From a bacterium (GTDB lineage Bacteria; Zixibacteria; MSB-5A5; GN15; FEB-12): a stretch of 64,000 nucleotides of DNA. This document shows, piece by piece, positions 56,281 to 64,000 of the stretch. Made by a program: the position numbers and the translations under genes. Location: positions 838,232 through 902,231 of the forward strand of contig JADJGQ010000002.1 in assembly GCA_016708025.1 (NCBI GenBank), read 5' to 3'. How positions within the stretch are numbered: the first letter of the stretch is position 1; every line of letters starts with the position of its first letter. The notes under the pieces are model-generated. The model did not search any database and had not been told where the DNA came from. It saw only the letters and a program-made list of their open reading frames with translations.

Positions 56281-59200
56281 GTGTACCTCCCGCTTCCGCG
56301 TTAAAGCGCGGAAGCATGATGTCAAAACTTGTTCCATGTCCATGTCCGGAAGTGACCTTGATCGAGCCTCCGTACATCTCAGCAATTTTCTTTGCCATCG
56401 CCAATCCAATACCGGTTCCGCTGCGCGGTTTGGTGCTGAAAAAGGCGTTAAATATCCGGGGTAGGTTCTCGGCAGGGATCCCGGGACCATTGTCTGCAAC
56501 CCGGATCGATACCTGATCCCGAGTGGTCCGCGCCGTGATCGAGATGAGCGGTTGTTCCGTTTCGTGCAGCGCATCGATCGCGTTGACCACCAGGTTATTC
56601 AGCAGGCTGTTGAAATGCGGCACGCTGCAGGCAACCACAGCGTCCGGGGAGATATTCGAGTCGACGCGAACTCCGTGTCTTTCACAGCGAGCTCGATTTT
56701 GCTCAATGATCTCTGTGACCAGATTGCCGACAGAGACTTCTTCGATCTTTCGATTCGCTTCCAGCCGCGAGTAATGGGTCACCGATTCGGTCATATGGAT
56801 CGCCCGGGCGATCGCCTGTTCGGCCAGTCCCAGAAGCTTGAGGTCTCGCTCGGCCTCTTCGCCAGAGCCTGATCTTCCTTCCAGCCGCTCACGCATTTTG
56901 TAGAGGCAGGTAGTGGCAGGGAAGAGGGAGTTGTAGATCTCGTGCGAAACACCTCCCGCGATCTCACGGACCTGCTGGTAACGCTCCTGGTAGATCCGCT
57001 GGAGCTCGGCTTCCGCATGAACTCGATCAGTGATGTCGATGGTCGTTCCCAACACACAGGTCTGGCCCATGAACTGGATCACTTTTGCGGAGTAATCAAC
57101 CCACCGATACTCACCATCTTTGCGAACTATCTTGACCTCGTAACGTGGGGGGACCTCGTTCCCAGCCAGCCGGTCCCGGCCGCGCTGAGTCACCAATTGC
57201 CTGAAGTCGGGGTGGATGACTTCCCAGAAACTCATTTTCAGCAATTCATCGAGACTGTACCCCGTGATACGCGTTGACGCGGGGTTGCAGTAGAGAAGGC
57301 GGTCGGCTCCAAAGATAGTGATTCCTGCGGTCACGGACTCAGCAACAGCTCGGAATTTCGCTTCACTCTCGCGCAGACTGAGTTCGATCTGGTGTCGGGC
57401 CGTGATATCCAGCCAGGTCGCCTGGATAAGGACCCGATCAGGCGCCTGGATCCGCCGAGCCAGTGCCTCGAGCCGCTTGGGAGTCCCCTTGAAAGTCGTG
57501 ATTTCGGATTCAAATTGGGCCGGTGCGTCACCACCCGTGAGGCGGCGGCGGATTCTATCCATCCATGCCACGACATTCTCTTCTCCGACCAGAGCCTTGA
57601 GAAAGGCCGGCATCGGCATAGATATAAGTTCGTGTACATCGATCTCCAGCATACGGGCGAGTTGCTCGTTGGCATACAGCACCTGAACATCGTCGTACTG
57701 CAGTATCCCCAGATTGGAGTGCTCGGTCAAACCGCGGAATTTTTCCTCACTCTCCCGGAGTGCTTCTTCGGCGCGCATTCGTTCGGTAATGTCCTGATAT
57801 GTGCCCAGCACACCCACCACGGTACCATCGGGATCTCGAAGCGGCACTTTGCTGGTCAGGAGGTGAATGATCTCACCAGTTGGCGTAGTCTGCGGTTCTT
57901 CGATCAGCAGCTTCGGCTCTCCACTCTCGATCACCGCACGGTCGTCGGCCCGATAAAGATCAGCTTGTGCCCGCCAGACCATGCTATAATCATCTTTGCC
58001 GATGATCTCTTCCGGGGTGTTGAATCCCGCATCTCGCGCAAACTGTGAATTGCATCCCAGGTAAAGCCCTCGCTTGTCTTTCCAGAATACCCGCGCCGGG
58101 ATCGAGTCGAGCACGATACCAAGGAACTCACGTGAGGCCCTCAATTCTTCCGTGGCGATTTTCTTCTCCGTAATATCGATCATAACTGTCAGAAAGAACT
58201 CTGTTTCCTGACTTCGGATAACTTCCCCGCTGAAGAGGCCGTGGAGTATCACTCCGTCTTTGCGGCGGACTCGCATTTCAATATCTGTGATCCGGCCGGT
58301 CTGTCTCAAGCGCCGACCGGCGGCAGATTGCTGATCAATATCAACGAAGATAGACAACTCACTCGGTGTGTGGCCGATCACTTCATCCCGATCATGGCCG
58401 ATCGTTTGCAGGAACGAATCGTTGACATCGACAAAACGCCCATGTGTAGTGTCCGTCAGTGCCATGAGAGCCGGATTGAATTGAAAAAGCTGCTGGAACA
58501 GCATTTTGGCTTCCTGTTCGGCACTCAAGTCCTTACTGAGGCCAAAGAGACACTCGGAACCATACCATCTGCCGAACCAGAGGCGAGTCTCGACTGAGAC
58601 CAACGATCCATTCTTTTTCAGCAAGGGGAGTGGGCAGTCATTGCGCTTTCCCCGCAGGATAGCATCGATCAGACTCAGTGCCTCCTCCCGACGATCCGCG
58701 GGATGCAGGTCGACCAGCTTCATCGTCGTGAGCTCTTCACTTGAATAGCCAAGCTTGGTCCGGAGTGCCCTATTGGTCAGAAGGATGCGACCAGCTCTAT
58801 CGGCCACGATCAGCATATCGCCGATCGTCTCAAAAAACGCTCTGAAATTGGACTCACTATCCCGAAGGGCCTGCTCGGAGCGTTTTCGATCTGAGATGTT
58901 GCGGACGATCGCCAGGACTTCCGAAGGTCCGCTAGCCACGATGCGTGCTTCGTAGTCCTCGAAACGATTTCCCACCGGCAACTGGTATTCAAGGTACTGA
59001 GTCTCTCCGTTACTTAGCACCTTAACGATCGCTCCATGCACCATCTCGGCCAGCGGCGGAGGCAGAACGTCCCGTGCAGGTTTTCCGAGGAACTGATCAC
59101 CGGGAGAAAAGAGCTCGGATTGTCGACTCGCCTGATAATCAAGGAATATGCCGTCAGCCGTCATCCTGAACATCAGGTCCGGTGTGGCATTAAGCATCGC

Positions 59201-60703
59201 GTCATTGCGGGCTTCAGCCTTTTTCAGCGCATTGATCGCATGTCGGCGCCGGATATTCACCACAACCAATTGAATTGACACCAGGAAGAGGGCAATGACA
59301 AACCAGGTGCGATAACGCCAGAGCAACGCAACCAATCGCTGCGACCATGGTTTCGCCTGCAGATTGCCGACCAGGAATCCGTTTCCGGCATTGGTGACAA
59401 ACATGGTGACGCCGCCGGTTGAATCGAGCGCGGCCGGAAGCAGTTCGCTGGCAATGCCTGGAAGGTACCCGCGGCATTCCCATCCCTTGCTGTACAAAAC
59501 AGACCCGCCCTCCACGACAAACTGCAGGACCGTCTCCCCGGATTTTGGGAGTTGGAACTGAGTGAGGTACTGCCCCAGGTTTGCCCCGGTGATGCGGGCG
59601 AGCGGTTGGAGTGACAGATCGAAAATCGACGCGTCTCCTCCGGTGCCGATCAAAAGGATCTCCGGTCGTTCGTCGCCTATCAGGTCGACCAACTCAAGGA
59701 AGGCGGTCCTCTCTTGAACTGCTATGGACTGTCGGAGAGTCCCATCTGCGTCAATGATAGAGAGCCAGTCATTGGAAGAATCGCCTGACTGACCGGGAAA
59801 CTCAAATTGGTGAATGAGCGCATACAGCGTGTCACCGGGGAGGGTGCGAATAGATACGCTGGCGAATTTCGGGGCGAGACGATAATTAAAGATGATCTCG
59901 CCGCGTTGATTGAGGCGTGTCAGATAACCATACTGGTCATCGAAATTCGGATCCGTGACGCCGTTCTCCGGGCCATAGGCGCAAACAAGTATCCCCGGAT
60001 CGATCGAATCAAAACAGCTAACTGTATTGCCGGGGGTAGCCGAGGCCGCCATCGGCATGGACCACTCCACCACCATCCGCTCGATATCAATGCAGTAATA
60101 GACCCGCGGTCGTTTGTCGCGGCCAACCATCAGGTAGAAAAACAGCTCGGTCGTACCGTCGTAATCATAATCAAAGCTGGCGATATGATAGGGGGATGGT
60201 ATCCATTTGCCATTGCCGGTCTGATCGACTCCGGTAGTCAGAAAGAGCATATCGAACTTGTTGGAGCCGGGGAAATTGCGGGCAATGAACGCGGAATCAT
60301 TGCGAAACCCTATCAATGCGACACCATCACGCCGATTTACGGAGTCACGGAAGAGGCAATAATCACTGATCGTCAGGAAAACCGGGTCCTGGGAGAGCGT
60401 GCGGTTGTCGGGGAGCGAATTCACAAAAATCGAGGCGGCATCATCCTGATTGATGGCACAGTTTGAGACAAAGATGTACGCGATGGAATCTGATGCGGTA
60501 CGGCGCGTGGTGAGAAGTCGAGCGGGGCGATTGACCGACATCTGATTTTCGGTATGGCTGGACTCGATGAAGTGAGTGACACCATACGGCAATAGAGTGG
60601 TATCGCCGATCGGATCGGGCTCGATCACTTGTTGGGCGGATGTCATGCCAGCCGTCAGCGAGTAGACAAGCCAGACAATCAGAAGACGCGCCAAAGAAAC
60701 CAT
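56267..60703 (-). CDS. Sensor histidine kinase with a large periplasmic domain and six PAS-like domains
   Basis: 1478-aa ORF with a signal/TM segment, ~450 periplasmic residues and a second TM (WFVIALFLVSIQLVVV). Six PAS-like segments each follow a coiled ...LRESE... linker. H-box GVSHEIYNSL and HATPase motifs NAIDAL, DNGPGI and GTGIGL are present. Confidence 0.9.
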   Translation of the reverse strand: MVSLARLLIVWLVYSLTAGMTSAQQVIEPDPIGDTTLLPYGVTHFIESSHTENQMSVNRPARLLTTRRTASDSIAYIFVSNCAINQDDAASIFVNSLPDNRTLSQDPVFLTISDYCLFRDSVNRRDGVALIGFRNDSAFIARNFPGSNKFDMLFLTTGVDQTGNGKWIPSPYHIASFDYDYDGTTELFFYLMVGRDKRPRVYYCIDIERMVVEWSMPMAASATPGNTVSCFDSIDPGILVCAYGPENGVTDPNFDDQYGYLTRLNQRGEIIFNYRLAPKFASVSIRTLPGDTLYALIHQFEFPGQSGDSSNDWLSIIDADGTLRQSIAVQERTAFLELVDLIGDERPEILLIGTGGDASIFDLSLQPLARITGANLGQYLTQFQLPKSGETVLQFVVEGGSVLYSKGWECRGYLPGIASELLPAALDSTGGVTMFVTNAGNGFLVGNLQAKPWSQRLVALLWRYRTWFVIALFLVSIQLVVVNIRRRHAINALKKAEARNDAMLNATPDLMFRMTADGIFLDYQASRQSELFSPGDQFLGKPARDVLPPPLAEMVHGAIVKVLSNGETQYLEYQLPVGNRFEDYEARIVASGPSEVLAIVRNISDRKRSEQALRDSESNFRAFFETIGDMLIVADRAGRILLTNRALRTKLGYSSEELTTMKLVDLHPADRREEALSLIDAILRGKRNDCPLPLLKKNGSLVSVETRLWFGRWYGSECLFGLSKDLSAEQEAKMLFQQLFQFNPALMALTDTTHGRFVDVNDSFLQTIGHDRDEVIGHTPSELSIFVDIDQQSAAGRRLRQTGRITDIEMRVRRKDGVILHGLFSGEVIRSQETEFFLTVMIDITEKKIATEELRASREFLGIVLDSIPARVFWKDKRGLYLGCNSQFARDAGFNTPEEIIGKDDYSMVWRAQADLYRADDRAVIESGEPKLLIEEPQTTPTGEIIHLLTSKVPLRDPDGTVVGVLGTYQDITERMRAEEALRESEEKFRGLTEHSNLGILQYDDVQVLYANEQLARMLEIDVHELISMPMPAFLKALVGEENVVAWMDRIRRRLTGGDAPAQFESEITTFKGTPKRLEALARRIQAPDRVLIQATWLDITARHQIELSLRESEAKFRAVAESVTAGITIFGADRLLYCNPASTRITGYSLDELLKMSFWEVIHPDFRQLVTQRGRDRLAGNEVPPRYEVKIVRKDGEYRWVDYSAKVIQFMGQTCVLGTTIDITDRVHAEAELQRIYQERYQQVREIAGGVSHEIYNSLFPATTCLYKMRERLEGRSGSGEEAERDLKLLGLAEQAIARAIHMTESVTHYSRLEANRKIEEVSVGNLVTEIIEQNRARCERHGVRVDSNISPDAVVACSVPHFNSLLNNLVVNAIDALHETEQPLISITARTTRDQVSIRVADNGPGIPAENLPRIFNAFFSTKPRSGTGIGLAMAKKIAEMYGGSIKVTSGHGHGTSFDIMLPRFNAEAGGTRATE

Positions 60704-60759
60704 GTCCCCTACTCGTTTTCCCCTCAGCCCCGTTGCAGACAGGTTACGTTCGCCGACGG

Positions 60760-62067
60760 TTAGATTCGTTCATATGGATAGACTATGAACAATATAAGGG
60801 ATAACAGGAACAAAATCCAGATGCCTGCGTGAAGTTCTCGCGCTCGACCGGAGAATAGCTTGCAGACGACATAGAGGACAAAACCGGACGCAATCCCAAA
60901 GCCGATATTGTAGGTGAAGGTCATTAGCGCGATCGTCGCCACCGCTGGAAAAAGCTCGGTATAGTCGTCATACGGGAGGTGGCGAAGGGGGGCCATCATC
61001 AGGAATCCAACTATGACCAGCGCGGCTCCATAGGCAACTGCCGGAACGGCCATGTAGATCGGTGCCAGAAAGAGCGAAACCAGGAAAAGCCCGGCCGTTA
61101 TCAGGGAGGCAAAGCCGGTCCGCGCTCCGGACTCGATACCGGCGGCCGATTCAATGTACGCCCCGGAAGTGGAGGTGCCGACCAGAGCGGCGGCAGTAGT
61201 GGCCATCGCGTCAGCCATCATCGGCTTTTCGATCTCAGGCAGATTATTGTGGGCATCCAGAAGTCCCGCCCGAGCAGAGAGGCCGATCAGAGTCCCCATG
61301 GTGTCCACAAATGCCAGGATAAACAAGACGAGAATGATAGGGAAGAATTCAGGGGTTAATGCCCCCGCGATATCCAATTTACCAATGATCGGCGCCAGTG
61401 AGGGAGGGGCGGATAGAATGCTCTCCGGAAATGGGGAGACGTTAAATGCGAATGCAAGCAGAGTGGTAACCAGCATGCCGATCAGGATCGCACCTGGAAT
61501 GCGGCGGATGATCAGGACCGCGATCAGCAAAACTGCTGTGAGTGCCAGCAGTGGCCCGACGGCGGAAAGATCACCGATCTTGACTGGCGCACCGGGGACA
61601 CCGAGTCGAACCAGGCCAGCCTCGTTCAGTCCGATAAACATGATGAAAAAGCCGATTCCGGCGGCAAAAGCTCGTTTGAGATTCTCAGGAATGGCGCCTG
61701 CGATCCACCCCCTAATCCCAAAGAGAGTGATGACGATAAAGATCACGCCACTCAGAAAGAGAGCACCCAGCGCGGTCTGCCAGGCGAACCCCATCCCCAG
61801 ACAGACAGTATAGGCTATGAACGCGTTTTCTCCCATATATGGCGCAATGGCAAACGGACGGCGCGCGTAGAGTGCCATCAAAAGCGTGCCAAAGGCGGCG
61901 ATCAGGATTGTCGCTGTCGTACCGGCCTCGCGCGGGATCCCGCCGGCACTGAGGATCGCCGGATTGACGATGACGATATACGCCATCGCAAAAAACGTGG
62001 TGATGCCACCAAGGGTCTCTTGTCGGAATGAGGTCTGATGTTCAGCGAAGCGAAAGAAGCGTTTCAT
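60760..62067 (-). CDS. NCS2-family nucleobase permease (AzgA/PbuG-like)
   Basis: 435-aa polytopic ORF. The N-terminus FRFAEHQTSFRQETLGGITTFFAMAYIVIVNPAIL matches the AzgA-type signature. Confidence 0.88.
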   Translation of the reverse strand: MKRFFRFAEHQTSFRQETLGGITTFFAMAYIVIVNPAILSAGGIPREAGTTATILIAAFGTLLMALYARRPFAIAPYMGENAFIAYTVCLGMGFAWQTALGALFLSGVIFIVITLFGIRGWIAGAIPENLKRAFAAGIGFFIMFIGLNEAGLVRLGVPGAPVKIGDLSAVGPLLALTAVLLIAVLIIRRIPGAILIGMLVTTLLAFAFNVSPFPESILSAPPSLAPIIGKLDIAGALTPEFFPIILVLFILAFVDTMGTLIGLSARAGLLDAHNNLPEIEKPMMADAMATTAAALVGTSTSGAYIESAAGIESGARTGFASLITAGLFLVSLFLAPIYMAVPAVAYGAALVIVGFLMMAPLRHLPYDDYTELFPAVATIALMTFTYNIGFGIASGFVLYVVCKLFSGRARELHAGIWILFLLSLILFIVYPYERI

Positions 62068-62174
62068 CGAAACGTCCCAGACTGGTCAATTTCAGTTTGT
62101 GATAAAGCTAGGGCGATGGAACGGTTGTGACAAGCCTTTTTCGGGAGTTGATCAGGCGTCATACCGAAAAGAAA

Positions 62175-62196
62175 AAGGCGGCCCAATGGCCGCCTT
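62175..62196 (-). terminator. Rho-independent terminator of the PilX-like gene
   Basis: AAGGCGGCC-caat-GGCCGCCTT 9-bp stem. TTTTTCTTTTC follows on the minus strand. Confidence 0.8.
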
Positions 62197-62221
62197 CTCC
62201 GAAAATAATGTGATCATAGGG

Positions 62222-63922
62222 TCACTGTATATCTTCATTCCGATAGGCAATATGTTCCTGCTTCCAGCCGATACGGCGGAATACCAGAATGCAGGGTGAC
62301 TGCGGCGGCTGATTAGCCGGGTCATTCAGATCGGTATCGAAGGCCCAATCGCGCCGCGGCGGTTCGTAGTAATCGAGCGACCAGTCACCGTCGGCCTGCT
62401 CAGATTGCCAGAGGTTGATCATTGAACCGCGGATAGTGGCAGTTCGCGTACCACCCCAATACTCAAGGAAACGCGGGAGGTTTTCCAGCCCGCCGCCATA
62501 GTTGGAACTGGTCGGTTCCGTGTCACCGGTGATCATACAGACATTGACGGTGGTTGCCACGGCCGTGCGGCTGCTCGTGGAGAGATTCCCTTTGGTATCG
62601 TCCCAGTTGCCGGAGAGAATGGTATAGGCATCGGCAATGATCGCGGCAGGCTTCTTATTCACCGTATTGTAGTGCCCAAACGTGTAAACCGGATTGTTAC
62701 TGGCGACCGTCAGCGCGGCTCCGAGCGTTGTCGCGTTTTTCAGGCGAAGCGCCGGCCACTTGCTGGCAGTCAGTGAATCCGAGAAGTAGAGCACGCCGTT
62801 GGACGGGCCGTAGCCATTAGCATACAACGCGGCCACGTCGAGATCCGTTACGTCGACGTTCTTACCTTCCCGCTTGTCATAGAACTTGTCGCTGACCTGG
62901 GTGATGATCCCCTTGGTGGTCATATCGGCGGTGACATCGGTCCAGGTGGAGCCGGAGAGTTTATACGCTTTGCCGTTGATGAATTTCAACGTCGCTTTGA
63001 GCTCATACGAATCATCGTTGCCCGATGCCGGTTCGATCATCTTTCGAAGGTCGCTGCTATTGGTGAGCGGTAGTCTCAATTCTTCCTGACCAAAGGCCTG
63101 GTCCTGGACTTTCCCTCCCCAGCGCGATTGAGCCTGATCGTGCCAGTCGGAAACTCGGGCATCCAGCCAGCCGCTTCCGGATTTCATATTCTGGTAAAGT
63201 CCGACTCGATCCTTGATGAATACATTGCCGCTGCTCGACCCTGAGTACAGACCGCTCTTGAGACCATGGTAGATACTCCCGGAGGCCGACACCCAACTAT
63301 CAAAGCGAAGGTTGGTCAATGCCTGGATATACATGCTGCCGTTCACATGGACGCGACCGTTGATGATCATGTCATACATCGGCGTGGTCTGGAAGTCATC
63401 GTTGTAAAAAACCGCGAATTGGAAGATCGGAACTTGTGCGGCTTCAAACTCCTGAACGACATCTTCGCGGGTGCCGTCTTGTGCATACATTGCCGTGGAG
63501 CGGATCGTATACGTCTTTACCAGCGCATGTAATCCAACCAGATTTCCGTCAGACAATCGCTCCTGGGTAGTCCCTTCATCGATCGTTTCGTACGTCACTT
63601 CGCAGTCATTCAGACTTTCAGAGCCTTCGGGAAGGTTCACGGGCGGAAGTCCGGTATCTTCGTACTCGGCCTGGATCTGGGCAACCGCGATCTCCAGCCC
63701 GGCCTCAGCCGCGTAAAACGCCTTGCTGTCATGGAGCTGGTTGCCGGCGACCTTGACTTCATCATCGGAGGTCGACAGCGCGGCAAGCCCGATCAGGGTG
63801 AGCATGCCAACCATGATCAGGGCGACCAAGGTTGCCATCCCCGCCTGATTTTCGGTGTACCGAACGACAGACAAGCGCAAGCCGCGAGGGATCAGTGATG
63901 AGATTCTCATAACTTTTACCAA
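62222..63922 (-). CDS. Large PilX-N-terminal-domain protein (putative type IV pilus/pseudopilus-associated)
   Basis: 566-aa ORF. The N-terminus ...ENQAGMATLVALIMVGMLTLIGLAALSTSDDEVKVAGNQLHDSKAFYAAEAGLE matches the PilX_N pattern (hydrophobic helix, then AGN and AxxAAEAG). The remainder is unassigned, and the start is ambiguous (63922 or 63910). Confidence 0.7.
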   Translation of the reverse strand: MVKVMRISSLIPRGLRLSVVRYTENQAGMATLVALIMVGMLTLIGLAALSTSDDEVKVAGNQLHDSKAFYAAEAGLEIAVAQIQAEYEDTGLPPVNLPEGSESLNDCEVTYETIDEGTTQERLSDGNLVGLHALVKTYTIRSTAMYAQDGTREDVVQEFEAAQVPIFQFAVFYNDDFQTTPMYDMIINGRVHVNGSMYIQALTNLRFDSWVSASGSIYHGLKSGLYSGSSSGNVFIKDRVGLYQNMKSGSGWLDARVSDWHDQAQSRWGGKVQDQAFGQEELRLPLTNSSDLRKMIEPASGNDDSYELKATLKFINGKAYKLSGSTWTDVTADMTTKGIITQVSDKFYDKREGKNVDVTDLDVAALYANGYGPSNGVLYFSDSLTASKWPALRLKNATTLGAALTVASNNPVYTFGHYNTVNKKPAAIIADAYTILSGNWDDTKGNLSTSSRTAVATTVNVCMITGDTEPTSSNYGGGLENLPRFLEYWGGTRTATIRGSMINLWQSEQADGDWSLDYYEPPRRDWAFDTDLNDPANQPPQSPCILVFRRIGWKQEHIAYRNEDIQ

Positions 63923-64000
63923 TGTTAAGTGTTCGGATTACGGGCGATCCGCCGGTATTATTCAGCACCGGATCCAGCGGCTCCTCTGCATTATATCGGA

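Noticed and set aside
62068-62174. A purine riboswitch upstream of the NCS2 nucleobase permease.
   Set aside because: The minus-strand leader lacks the conserved purine-riboswitch loop sequences and P1 pairing. The region holds only the upstream gene's terminator and a weak promoter-like TTGTCA.
63962-64000. A possible 3' end of another minus-strand gene (...SDIMQRSRWIRC-TGA) at the right edge.
   Set aside because: Only 12 codons are visible and another frame is also open, so there is too little sequence to support a call.

Overview
This 64-kb window reads as ordinary chromosome from a moderately GC-rich Gram-negative bacterium. Three secreted proteins end in the T9SS type-A sorting domain (NYPNPFNPTTTISF...YFYRL...KMxLLK), which suggests an uncultivated FCB-superphylum-like lineage. 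I call 45 protein genes and one tRNA-Arg(ACG), and I see no rRNA, CRISPR array, transposase or integrase. Housekeeping genes include ychF (3' end), lon, nnr, secA, rsgA, pyrK-pyrD-pyrF, cobB, a GH57 glucan enzyme, htpX, CNNM and CDF transporters, an MthK-like K+ channel and an NCS2 permease. The less ordinary items are as follows. (1) A minus-strand block runs from a multi-PAS histidine kinase to a sigma-54 activator, then a near-consensus -24/-12 promoter, an FHA-GAF-PP2C phosphatase and a TPR Hanks kinase. (2) A HIT hydrolase is translationally coupled to an aconitase-fold protein that has lost all three Fe-S cysteines and gained a duplicated N-terminal HTH. (3) A truncated GltP-like membrane domain is fused to a ~330-aa RD/RGG low-complexity tail. 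(4) An Rrf2 regulator precedes three tandem paralogous small beta-barrel proteins, with an internal promoter buried in a 33-bp palindrome. (5) A T9SS cargo island contains a ~1,590-aa Ig-repeat protein split by a 1-nt frameshift at a C4 run and a recurring uncharacterised ~75-aa module. (6) rlmD is frameshifted. All family assignments come from motif recognition by eye and need HMM or BLAST confirmation.
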